NCBI GenBank assembly: GCA_963803805.1
Contig: CAWDOD010000003.1
Location: 603,771 to 667,770 of the forward strand
Reading direction: 5' to 3'
Source: an uncultured cyanobacterium
Lineage (GTDB): Bacteria > Cyanobacteriota > Cyanobacteriia > Cyanobacteriales > CAWCAG01
DNA length: 64,000 bases
Shown here: in pieces, positions 1 to 8,680 of the stretch
How positions within the stretch are numbered: position 1 is the stretch's first letter
Layout of the letters: each line of letters opens with the position of its first letter
Notes under the pieces: model-generated
The model's database searches: none
What the model was told of the DNA's origin: nothing
Seen by the model: only the letters and a program-made list of their open reading frames with translations
Translations under genes and position numbers: made by a program

Positions 1-184
1 GTCCAACAAAGCGAATAGTAATCCAGGATGATACCAGTAAGCCTATACCAATCCAAGCCCCTTTTGTCGTTATTTTCACAAACTGCTCTGCTTGAGTTTT
101 GGTAATAGGGACTAAAGGAAGAACGCTTTTTTCTTGACCGTATTTATCTCCTAAAGCTTCTTTGCGCCGTTTTGCTTCACCCAT
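1..184 (-). CDS. DUF2839-family small membrane protein (partial, runs off window start)
   Basis: Manual translation from ATG at 184: MGEAKRRKEALGDKYGQEKSVLPLVPITKTQAEQFVKITTKGAWIGIG...; the MGEAKRRK start is characteristic of this cyanobacterial family. Confidence 0.8.
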   Translation of the reverse strand, partial: MGEAKRRKEALGDKYGQEKSVLPLVPITKTQAEQFVKITTKGAWIGIGLLVSSWITIRFVG

Positions 185-413
185 AATTCTCAGTAGAAGT
201 TACTCAATTTATACTCTATGGCAAGATCATAGCGCTTTCTGTGGGGGATTTTGGCAGGTTGTTTATTTTCTGCAACAGTGGCGAAGAGAGGAGGAAGCCT
301 TTTTCCCTTAAGTTCCCTTGCCTCGGTCATCTGACTAGAAATGATTTACTTTTTTTATACTTTAGTTCAGAAAAATTAATGGGCTTGAGGTATTGACATT
401 AAGTTTGATTTCT

Positions 414-427
414 GTAAGTATTAATGC
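414..427 (+). promoter_or_regulatory. Putative NtcA-like site overlapping a promoter (TTGACA at 393-398)
   Basis: GTA-AGTATTAA-TGC, one mismatch to GTA-N8-TAC and nearly identical to the ntcB site GTA-AGTATTGA-TAC. Confidence 0.4.
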
Positions 428-439
428 GTAACCGGACAA

Positions 440-518
440 ATCGTTCATCTCTCTTTTTTCTCATAAATATGAAGATATATGGAGAGACGGAAGTAGAGAT
501 TGCTCTCGAAGGAACGCA
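440..518 (+). ncRNA. Glutamine riboswitch (glnA RNA motif)
   Basis: P1 CGTTC(442-446)/GAACG(512-516), P2 TCTCT...GGAGA, core CGGAAGTA-GAGATTGCTCTC-GAAGGAACGC matching the glnA motif consensus. Confidence 0.85.
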
Positions 519-546
519 CCGCATCCAAAATCAAGAGGTAGTTTTG

Positions 547-765
547 ATGCTCGTGCCGCTATTAATATCCATTTTGCTTACCTCAGTAGCTGTTTATTTC
601 AGCGTTAATGCTGAAGAAGAAATAGTCCAAGTAGCAGCAGCTTTTTGCGCTTTACTCTGTCTATTTTTAAGTCTTTTTTTCGCTCCCCTGGCTATCAAGT
701 TACTGATCGTGACAGTTCCTTTTCTCGGCAAAAAAATCAACTATGTGCTACCCCGCCAAAGGTAA
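547..765 (+). CDS. Small hydrophobic membrane protein (72 aa) downstream of the Gln riboswitch
   Basis: ATG 547 with GAGG RBS at 535-538; 2-3 hydrophobic segments; the longer 424 start would run through the riboswitch. Confidence 0.75.
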   Translation: MLVPLLISILLTSVAVYFSVNAEEEIVQVAAAFCALLCLFLSLFFAPLAIKLLIVTVPFLGKKINYVLPRQR

Positions 766-855
766 TTTAATAGACAGTAAATTTTTTAGTTGTTAGTTGT
801 TGCTTCCCTAATAACCAGTATCAAGCTCAGCAACCACTCTTTTGTAGCTGATAGC

Positions 856-1329
856 CTATTTACTCTCTGGGTTGAGGCGACTCATTTCCCAAGTGGTATA
901 TGTGCCAATAGGACTCCAAATGATATAAGGGAATAGCAAAAAAGCTCCAGTATGGGAGACTGGGAAAACAAGCAAAGTTAGAATAATACCTAATAAAAAG
1001 CCAATTGCCCCAATAATCGTACCAACTCTCAAGCTACGAGAAAAACACATCACTGGAGTATAGGCAACTATAGCTATTTCTACCAAAAGATAGAAAGCCA
1101 TCAAGAACCAAGTATAGCTATCACCTGGGTTTTCTCGCCAAACTAAAGTTGCAGAGATAGCGCCACAGATAAAGACAAAAATCCAAATAATTGGAATGGC
1201 TTTCTCAAAGGTTAACCATTGGGGGCGACGCAGGTGCTTAAACCACTTTTTGTCTTGGGATCTCAAAAGACTTCCTGCTGAACCCACGATAAAAGTAACC
1301 GCACCGATTATCATCCAAGGTTTAATCAT
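856..1329 (-). CDS. tspO: TspO/MBR tryptophan-rich sensory protein
   Basis: WFKHLRRPQWLTFE..IPIIWIFVF and LLFPYIIWSPIGTYTTW motifs; start set at MIKPWMII. Confidence 0.85.
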   Translation of the reverse strand: MIKPWMIIGAVTFIVGSAGSLLRSQDKKWFKHLRRPQWLTFEKAIPIIWIFVFICGAISATLVWRENPGDSYTWFLMAFYLLVEIAIVAYTPVMCFSRSLRVGTIIGAIGFLLGIILTLLVFPVSHTGAFLLFPYIIWSPIGTYTTWEMSRLNPESK

Positions 1330-1498
1330 ATTTGAAAATCTATTATTGTGTATTTCTACCAATACCTCTAAAAGTTTGCTCTTCGCCTCTTTCATTATGA
1401 TGAAAGTATGTTAAGGTCAGATATATCTTTCGTCCTAATTAATTTATTGTTAGGAATATTTAAACAAATTTACTGAAGAGAAAGAATAATAAAATTTA

Positions 1499-1717
1499 AT
1501 GAATCCAGTCAAAATGCCTCCTGTCCAATTGCTACCTGGCGCTATTTCAGAAATTTTGGCTTCTAGTAGCCAAACAGGTAGACTGACTAAAGCAGATCGT
1601 TATGGATTAATGGCAGCAGCTTTTGATGAACTCTTAGTAGAAGAGGAGAGGAGAGCGATTAATAGGTTATTGAGGGCAGTTGTGAAAGGTAGGGTTAAGA
1701 TTACAAATGAGCTTTAG
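1499..1717 (+). CDS. Conserved cyanobacterial small hypothetical protein
   Basis: LLPGAISEILAS...LTKADRYGLMAA...EEERRAINRLLRAVVKGRVKI pattern recalled from cyanobacterial small proteins. Confidence 0.75.
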   Translation: MNPVKMPPVQLLPGAISEILASSSQTGRLTKADRYGLMAAAFDELLVEEERRAINRLLRAVVKGRVKITNEL

Positions 1718-1932
1718 TTCTATTTTTTCGGTTGAAAATTAATTAGTTGGTTTGGCATATTACCAACTAATGTTTGTTTGCTAGAGAAAAGTTGTAACTG
1801 AAATCACTTAGTCTCAGTTTTCTTTATCACCCTTTAGACTGATTGCTTTCACCCTTGTCAAGGGGGAGAAATCACTTAGGTTTGCTCTAAAAAAAGTGAT
1901 ACTAATCTTGTAGAAAGTAATTAGTAAGCATT

Positions 1933-2100
1933 ATGATTTTAATTAGAGAAATGGCTAAACAAGCTTTTAATCAAGGTATTTCAAACCAGTCCCTTGAAAA
2001 ACAGGTAAGCCAAAACCCAACTTCAGTCGTCACTATGGATAACAGTTATTCTGGTTTACAGCAAGCTATTAAAATAAATCAGATGAAGCCTAAAAACTGA
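1933..2100 (+). CDS. Small hypothetical protein (55 aa), below ORF-track cutoff
   Basis: MILIREMAKQAFNQG...LEKQV...LQQAIKINQMK; resembles a cyanobacterial MxLIRExxxQA family. Confidence 0.5.
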   Translation: MILIREMAKQAFNQGISNQSLEKQVSQNPTSVVTMDNSYSGLQQAIKINQMKPKN

Positions 2101-2315
2101 AGTTAGTTAACTGTGGTTAATTCTTCAAGGTTATGTATATTTAAACACTGTTTTTCTCAAATAAAAATGCTTATGAAATTTCTAGGTTAATAAAGGGGAA
2201 GTTATACGAAAATCAAACTCTAAGACAACATCAGCGCAAAGCCTAACTTTAGATACTTAAGAGAGTAGCTTTCTAAGTTACAACATCTTACTCTTTTGTA
2301 GAAAGGTTAAAATCA

Positions 2316-2489
2316 ATGAATGTATCATGGAAGCAGCTAGCAGTCAGACTAGTTATTTGGCTATTTGCTGAGGCACTCCTTAACTTCCTGGGATTAGATA
2401 GTATTGCTGACTATAGTGAATTTATATTTGAACCCAGACACTACACTATACAAATTGCTCCAGCCCGCTTCTTGGAGACAAAAATTTAA
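2316..2489 (+). CDS. Small conserved membrane protein (57 aa), below ORF-track cutoff
   Basis: MNVSWKQLAVRLVIWLFAEALLNFLGLDSIADYSEFIFE..., with the WLxxExxLNxLGLDxxADYSEF motif; AAAGG RBS upstream. Confidence 0.7.
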   Translation: MNVSWKQLAVRLVIWLFAEALLNFLGLDSIADYSEFIFEPRHYTIQIAPARFLETKI

Positions 2490-2651
2490 AAACAGTATTA
2501 TAGTCCTTTAACTACTTATTCTAGAAGCATAAACAAATTAATATTTTGTTGTGAAAGTTTACCCTTTAGTTCAGTTGTTAATTAAATAATCACTATAATC
2601 CTAAAAATTTTAGACATTATTAAATATCTAACCTTGAATAACCTTCATACC

Positions 2652-3137
2652 ATGTCTAAAAGCAAATTCAATAATCCTTTTAATAGTTATGATACTTATC
2701 CCTGTCCCATTTGTCGTCGGGGCAAGGTTTCTAGTATGCCTTTGATGGAAGCTTTTGCTTGTGACTTTTGCAGCCATATTTTTACGGTGGATTTTGAGAA
2801 ACAGTTAATAAAAATTGCTGACAGGCAGCTACCCCTAAGTTGGCATTGGAATGGTAAAAGTTGGCACAGCTTGCAGCAACAGAAGACAGAGGCTGCTTGG
2901 ATTTATACTATAGCCGGATTTATTTTTCTGATTCTGCCTACTACTATTGTGGGTTTGGGAGCTTATCTATTTCCTCCTCTGCCTGGAAGCCCTTTGGCTT
3001 GGTTTCCTGTTTTTTGGACTGGGTTAACTTTTTTAGCCCATTTAAGTTTTATACTCTGGATTACTGTTGAATATTATCAGTTTCCCATCTTTTTATATTT
3101 AAGGGCTACAGGAAGGAATTTGTTGCACTTGAGATAG
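2652..3137 (+). CDS. Zn-ribbon plus two-TM hypothetical protein
   Basis: CPICRRG...CDFCSHIF followed by two hydrophobic helices. Confidence 0.75.
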   Translation: MSKSKFNNPFNSYDTYPCPICRRGKVSSMPLMEAFACDFCSHIFTVDFEKQLIKIADRQLPLSWHWNGKSWHSLQQQKTEAAWIYTIAGFIFLILPTTIVGLGAYLFPPLPGSPLAWFPVFWTGLTFLAHLSFILWITVEYYQFPIFLYLRATGRNLLHLR

Positions 3138-3199
3138 TGACAACTTGCTACAAGTTGATGCTTCTTGGTAAAATTTAACTCTATAATGTAGCAAGGTAT

Positions 3200-3271
3200 G
3201 CGGGTATAGTTCAGTGGTAGAACGTCACCTTCCCAAGGTGAATGTCGTGGGTTCGAGTCCCATTACCCGCT
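3200..3271 (+). tRNA. tRNA-Gly(CCC)
   Basis: Acceptor stem GCGGGTA/TACCCGC, anticodon arm TCACC-TTCCCAA-GGTGA, T-loop GTTCGAGTCC; CCA not encoded. Confidence 0.97.
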
Positions 3272-3398
3272 TATTTGATAAGTTGTGATTGCTTCTTTAA
3301 GCATAGTTGCAAGCTTAGCATTGAAAAGTTAAGAGTGCGATCACTTCAAAAAATTCTTTAAGACTTTTTCCAATTAAGCTTTTTTTGCTCAACTAAAC

Positions 3399-3560
3399 GG
3401 TTCTACCGAACTTAGAATGTAAGATTAGCAAAAGAACAATGCCAAGTCAAGAAGCTTAGAAGAGAAAAGTTTTCAAAGTTTCTGAATCCATAAGCTCTCC
3501 TTTTAATCAACTTCAACTTGTTGTTAATTCCTTCCACTACTCCTTGAGTTGTACCCTTAA
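3399..3560 (-). mobile_element. ISL3-family transposase C-terminal remnant with right end
   Basis: TTQGVVEGINNKLKLIKRRAYGFRNFENF is the ISL3 C-terminal motif; GGTTCT terminus at 3399. Confidence 0.8.
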
Positions 3561-3662
3561 TCGGTGAGACTATATTTGATATAGAAGAGTTTATCATAGC
3601 TGTCTATGTTGAAATTAACGGGGGTGAAGGGGTGAAAACTATTTCCTATTACTTAAGTTCCC

Positions 3663-4659
3663 ATGACTGCCACTTGGACAAAAAAACATATCCTTTCCTT
3701 AGCTGACTTTTCTCCTGGGGAGTACAACACTGTGTTGCAAACCGCAGCAAGTTTTCGAGAAGTACTTTCCCGACGAATGAAGAAAGTTCCTACCTTACAA
3801 GGACAAGTAGTAGCCAACCTCTTCTTTGAACCTTCTACTCGCACCCGTAGCAGTTTTGAACTAGCCGCTAAACGCCTATCCGCCGATACCCTCAATTTTG
3901 CCCCAGGCAGCTCTTCTCTGACTAAAGGCGAAACCATTCTTGATACAGCCAAAACTTATCTGGCTATGGGTGCAAACATGATGGTTATTCGTCATCGCGA
4001 AGCAGGAGTTCCCCAAACCATTGCTGAAGAAATGGATCATTTAGGAGTACAAGTTGGTATCCTCAATGCTGGAGACGGACAACATGAACATCCTTCCCAA
4101 GCTTTATTGGACTTATTTACCATCTGCTGCTGTTTAGATCATCACCAACCTCACCTCGAACTACTTAAGGGTAAAAAGGTTGCTATTGTGGGAGATATTA
4201 TTCACTCACGAGTCGCTAGATCCAACCTTTGGAGTTTAACGGCTGCGGGGGCAGAAGTACATTTGGCTGGCCCTCCTACCCTTGTTCCCAAACTATTCGC
4301 CGATGGTGCTTACTTCGGCGATAATTTCCTTGCCCCTCAATTACACTGGCAAGTTGAACCTGCTTTGCAAGATGCAGATTTTGTGATGACTCTACGTTTG
4401 CAAAAAGAACGTATGACTCAAAACCTCCTACCCAGTTTACGAGAATACCATCAACGTTACGGTATTACCCGCGATCGCCTCAAGTTATGCCAGCCAGAAG
4501 TTAAAATCTTGCATCCTGGCCCCACTAACCGGGGAGTAGAAATAAGTTCCGATCTTATGGATGACCCCCAATACAGCTTGATTCCTCACCAAGTTACTAG
4601 TGGCGTAGCGGTAAGGATGCGCCCTACTATATCTGATGGGAAGTGGTAGAAATCTTTAG
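3663..4659 (+). CDS. pyrB: Aspartate carbamoyltransferase catalytic subunit (apparent +1 indel near 4620)
   Basis: [21 protein letters not shown] and HPGP motifs; expected end [17 protein letters not shown] continues in a shifted frame to TAG 4657-4659. Confidence 0.95.
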
Positions 4660-4689
4660 TAATCTATCTATTAGTAATTACTTTGATTG

Positions 4690-5081
4690 TCATAGAACAC
4701 CCAAAGCATAAAAAATAAGTAAACAGATAGCCGCGCCTACAAGGGCGGTAAAAGTCATGGCCATCCCAAAGACACGATACCGATAATTTTCTAAAGTCTT
4801 GCTAACACCATAGGCGTGGGAAAGCCGGCTAGAAGCAAAAAGATACATAGCGCGTGTGTAAGGAAGTGGTGTCCACCTTGCAATTCAAGCATAAAGATCA
4901 GCAGAAGAGTAAAAGGTGTATACTCAGCAAAGTTTGAGTGGACACGCATTGCACGGAGCATTTTTTGATTACCTGCATCCCCAATGGTGATCTTTAGGTT
5001 GCCGCGTAGAACCAAAGTACGCAAGCTAAGTAAGAAGAAAACCAGACTCAGAATCGCTGCATAGAAGGGCGTGATGTACAT
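4690..5081 (-). CDS. MAPEG-family membrane protein (frameshift near 4825)
   Basis: RAMRVHSNFAEYTP motif; C-terminus SHAYGVS...YRYRVFGMAMTF continues in another frame to TGA at 4690. Confidence 0.75.
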
Positions 5082-5472
5082 GATTATCAAAGCCTAAATT
5101 ATGAATTCAATCGGTCTTGAAATTAATTTTCTTGGGCAATCTATTATTCTCTAGTTCTTCCCGATTGCTTTTTACTTCAGTAATCAATTAAGACATGACG
5201 AAGGATAAGAGATAAAAATTATTGTCTTGATTGTCGTTGGCTTAAGGAAGATTAATACTTCTACATCTGAACAAATTAACTCAATAGACTCATATAACTT
5301 TTCTAATTCTGGGTTTTGGCGATCACATTCATTCAACTAACGGGTTTAGGTATAATCGCTAACTATCTCTAAAAGCAGATAATTCCTTCAAAGATTTCTA
5401 ACAAAAAACCCCCTCTTAACCAAGAATAGAAGCATACTTGAGGTTAATAGAAGCTAGGTCAGGGGAAATATT

Positions 5473-5967
5473 ATGAACTATAGCAAAATTCTACTTGCTC
5501 TTGACCGCTTGCCCCAAGCCTCCATTATATTTGAACAAGCCCTAGTTATAGCTCAAAAATTTGACAGCAGTTTGATGATTTTTCATAATCTGAACTGCGA
5601 TACAGATGAAGAGGATAGCGTTGAGATTGGGACTTTTGGAGATGTTGATGTACGCGGTAGTAAATTAGGATATCGACAAGAACGTTTAGAAAAGAAAATC
5701 GAGGAAGTAAAAACTTGGTTAACAGGTTATTGTGAACAGGCCAAAGCTTTGCAAGTTAACACAGAATTCCATTATCAAGGAGGGATACCAGGTAGGCGAA
5801 TCTGCGATTTAGCAACTAGTTGGAATGCAGATTTAATTATTGTTGGTCACAGAGGATATACAGGCATATCAGAAGCTTGGTTAGGAAGTGTTAGTAGCTA
5901 TGTTCTCCACCACGCCAATTGTTCAGTTTTGGTGGTGCAAGGTCGTCAAGCAATTGAGAATATGTAA
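5473..5967 (+). CDS. Universal stress protein (UspA family)
   Basis: KILLALD...ADLIIVGHRG...LGSVSSYVLHHANCSVLVV. Confidence 0.92.
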   Translation: MNYSKILLALDRLPQASIIFEQALVIAQKFDSSLMIFHNLNCDTDEEDSVEIGTFGDVDVRGSKLGYRQERLEKKIEEVKTWLTGYCEQAKALQVNTEFHYQGGIPGRRICDLATSWNADLIIVGHRGYTGISEAWLGSVSSYVLHHANCSVLVVQGRQAIENM

Positions 5968-6023
5968 CCAGCTTAGATTATCTAAGTCTTTGACAATTCA
6001 CAGGCATTTGCCCTATTCGGTCT

Positions 6024-6629
6024 ATGAACAATGAAGTAGTTAAGTCTCAATATCTACAAATTCAAGGGACAAAAATTCATTACCTGGAAACAGTAGAAAT
6101 AAACACGCAGCCTATACTATTTTTGCATGGAGCAAGTTTTTGCGCTCAAACTTGGCAGGATATTGGTAGTTTGCAGGTTGTCCCCGAGAAAGGATATCGG
6201 GGAGTTGCTTTAGATTTACCAGGATATGGTGAGTCGGAGATATCATCGGGTTCTCGCGAAGAATTTTTATTAGAGTTTATTGAAACCTTAAAACTCAATT
6301 TACCCATAGTTATTTCCCCTTCTATGAGTGGTAGTTACAGTTTACCTTTTGTGGTCAACCACTCCCAAAAACTGCGGGGTTTTGTTCCTGTTGCCCCGGT
6401 GGGTATTTCTCGCTATGGTGAACAACTTAGAGGTATAGAACTACCAACTCTAGCAATTTGGGGTAGCAATGACCGCATTGTACCAGTTGCCCAAGCTGAT
6501 TTTTTGGTAGAAATTATGCCTAATGCCAAGAAGTTAGTTTTAGAAAATGCTGGTCATGCTTGTTATATGCGGGCGACTGCTGATTTTCATAAGCATTTAC
6601 TGGATTTTATTAAGGAATGCTGTACATAA
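6024..6629 (+). CDS. Alpha/beta hydrolase (ABHD14-like)
   Basis: LFLHGA, DLPGYG, SPSMSG nucleophile motif, WGSND, AGHACY. Confidence 0.88.
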   Translation: MNNEVVKSQYLQIQGTKIHYLETVEINTQPILFLHGASFCAQTWQDIGSLQVVPEKGYRGVALDLPGYGESEISSGSREEFLLEFIETLKLNLPIVISPSMSGSYSLPFVVNHSQKLRGFVPVAPVGISRYGEQLRGIELPTLAIWGSNDRIVPVAQADFLVEIMPNAKKLVLENAGHACYMRATADFHKHLLDFIKECCT

Positions 6630-6711
6630 TTAATTTGCTATTTTATTTCTTTAACCTGTATTAAAGTTTGTTAAACTCCTTTTAAGTTAAGATAGCTAGC
6701 TAGTTTTACCC

Positions 6712-7089
6712 ATGCTCAAGGAAATATTCCCTTTTCAAGTTAATCTAAATACAGTTGCGATCGCCGGGGCTTGTTTATGGTCTTTGGCATTGTATCTTGG
6801 TTTCGCAACCACAAGGGAGTGGATAACTCTGCAATTAGAACGTTGGTTTAATTTTGCTGAGCGATCGCTGTATACTTCAGCAGAGGAGTTTGAAAGAACT
6901 CGCCCCGCCAGGGAATCACAAAATGCTTTTTACGCTTCTTTATTTAGTATTTTGCCTTTCTTATTAATGGGATGTCTTTTTAATTTTGGTGTGGAATGGA
7001 GTTTAGGCCCTAGTTGGGGCATAAGTATGGGAATTTTGGCTTGTATGGGTTGTGGTGTTTTTGAGTTGGGGCGCAGGGATGCCCAATAG
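6712..7089 (+). CDS. Conserved cyanobacterial membrane protein
   Basis: RWFNFAERSLYTSAEEFERTR..RESQNAFYAS; three hydrophobic segments. Confidence 0.8.
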   Translation: MLKEIFPFQVNLNTVAIAGACLWSLALYLGFATTREWITLQLERWFNFAERSLYTSAEEFERTRPARESQNAFYASLFSILPFLLMGCLFNFGVEWSLGPSWGISMGILACMGCGVFELGRRDAQ

Positions 7090-7182
7090 CAGTTAATTAC
7101 TGATAGCATTTCTCAGACTCATAAATTAATAAGACCAGCCCTTTCAAGGTGTAGGTTTTAATTGTTAGTTTTGGGACAGAAT

Positions 7183-7367
7183 CTTAGTAGTAGAGACATG
7201 AGGTCGTTAAAATGACTTTGACACGCCGAATTTTTGATAAATAGCCCTCATCGTCACTAACTTTAACAGTTTGCTACAAAGATAGTTCCTCCTTCGACTG
7301 AACCCATAGGGCGGAATGTATCAGCGTCATGCCAAGGAAAACATTAGTAACCTCATCAGCTAGGTCA
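7183..7367 (-). ncRNA. ssaA: 6S RNA
   Basis: Minus strand forms a long interrupted rod: ATGAGGT/ACCTCAT, CTTGGCATGACGCTGA/TTCGGCGTGTCAAAG; about 185 nt; resembles cyanobacterial 6S; ends approximate. Confidence 0.85.
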
Positions 7368-7391
7368 ATCAAAATCACATAAAATAACCAA

Positions 7392-7841
7392 CTAGTGTTT
7401 AGTCAAGGAAAGAAATTAGGATAGAGAAAGAAAAGAAAATATAGAGAAAAAAGATGCAAAAAAAGTATATTGTGAGACTAACTGAGGAAGAAAGGAAAAT
7501 CCTGCATCAGGTAATACCGCCCAAAGCAGAGAGTGAATTTGTCGCTCAAATGGAAGAAATGCGGAGGTGGCGCGGTCAATTCTGGAGCGTCTTGAGTTTC
7601 ATTACACTCCTAAACACGGTAGTTGGTTGAATATTGCTGAGTGTGAATTGAGTGTCCTGACTCGTCAGTGTTTAAAAGGACGGCGCTTTGAAGATATTGA
7701 GAGGCTTCTTGGTAAACTCTTGCCCTGGGCTGCAAGTAACAATCAATCTCAACGAGCAGTAGACTGGCAGTTTACCACAGATGATGCTCGTGATAAGCTC
7801 AAGTCTCTTTACCCTAAAATTGTGCTTTGACAGAACACTAG
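7392..7841 (+). mobile_element. Internally deleted IS630-family element (about 450 bp, both IRs present)
   Basis: IRs CTAGTGTTTAGTCA / TGACAGAACACTAG; N-terminus MQKKYIVRLTEEER (7454) joined to C-terminus FHYTPKHGSWLNIAECELSVL...WQFTTDDAR. Confidence 0.88.
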
Positions 7842-7867
7842 ATTTCCCAACTAATAATTGATAAAAT

Positions 7868-7926
7868 GGGCAACCCAATCTAAATCTAGGCTTATCAACA
7901 ATACATAGGAAATGGGTTACTTCTAC
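7868..7926 (-). repeat. REP-like element, degenerate copy 1 (GTAG..GCGACCC family)
   Basis: GGGCAACCCAATCTAAA...GAAATGGGTTACTTCTAC, similar to 21630-21692 and 34607-34669. Confidence 0.65.
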
Positions 7927-7940
7927 CATTGATAACTGAT

Positions 7941-7999
7941 GCCTAACGGCAACGGCAAGCTGTACATTGATAACTGTAGGGCTTGCCATTGTCGAAGAC
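7941..7999. repeat. Two oppositely oriented copies of a ~25 bp dispersed repeat (TGTACGGCTTGCCGTTGTCGTAGAC family)
   Basis: GCCTAACGGCAACGGCAAGCTGTACA (7941-7966) and TGTAGGGCTTGCCATTGTCGAAGAC (7975-7999). Confidence 0.7.
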
Positions 8000-8100
8000 A
8001 TTATTGATCATTGAGAAGATTTGCTAGACTAAGGAGTGAGAAGTAGATTTCCTTAATTGGAATTTGTTTCTCGGCAGCGAGACATCATTTCATCCTTTGG

Positions 8101-8124
8101 AAGTGGGTCATACCCGCTTTTTTT
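8101..8124 (+). promoter_or_regulatory. rimP leader terminator-like hairpin
   Basis: AAGTGGGT-CAT-ACCCGCTT followed by a T-run just before rimP, as widely seen upstream of rimP. Confidence 0.7.
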
Positions 8125-8139
8125 GTTGCTAAAAATTCC

Positions 8140-8607
8140 ATGACTCATCCTCTCATTCCCCAAATTATCGATTTAGCTACACCTATTGCCGAAGAAATTG
8201 GTTTAGATGTAGTTGATGCGGTTTTCCAAACTAACAAAAACCCTCCTGTGTTACGAGTGGACATTCGCAACCTAAAAAGTGAAACCAGTGTTGATGATTG
8301 CGAAAAGATGAGTCGTGCTTTAGAACAGCAGCTAGATACCATAGGAATCATCCCTAACTCTTACGCTTATGTCCTAGAGATTTCGAGTCCTGGTATCTCC
8401 AGACAACTAACCACAGACAGGGAATTTATTTCTTTTAAAGGATTTCCCATCGCTATTAAAACCTATGCTCCCTATGAAGGAAAAAAAGAGTGGCGAGGCA
8501 GACTGAACCAAAGAGACGACCAAGCTGTGTATTTGAATCAAAAAGGTCGGGAAGTAAAAATTCCTCGTCAACTAATAGCTAAGGTGCAGTTAGACGATAG
8601 CGGTTAG
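8140..8607 (+). CDS. rimP: Ribosome maturation factor RimP
   Basis: MTHPLIPQI, DDCEKMSR, YVLEISSPG; position upstream of nusA. Confidence 0.95.
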   Translation: MTHPLIPQIIDLATPIAEEIGLDVVDAVFQTNKNPPVLRVDIRNLKSETSVDDCEKMSRALEQQLDTIGIIPNSYAYVLEISSPGISRQLTTDREFISFKGFPIAIKTYAPYEGKKEWRGRLNQRDDQAVYLNQKGREVKIPRQLIAKVQLDDSG

Positions 8608-8680
8608 ATAGTCCTAAATCAATTGATCATCTTGCTAAAACCAAACAACTAAATTAGAAAAAGATTAAGGAGTTCTGCTC

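Noticed and set aside
424-546. N-terminal extension of the ORF starting at 424
   Set aside because: It overlaps the promoter and riboswitch; the RBS and hydrophobic domain support ATG 547
3200-3600. Integrative element at tRNA-Gly
   Set aside because: No integrase and no duplicated tRNA 3' end seen in the window; only a short ISL3 remnant follows
7672-8001. 109-aa minus-strand ORF
   Set aside because: Composed of IS630 antisense sequence and dispersed repeats
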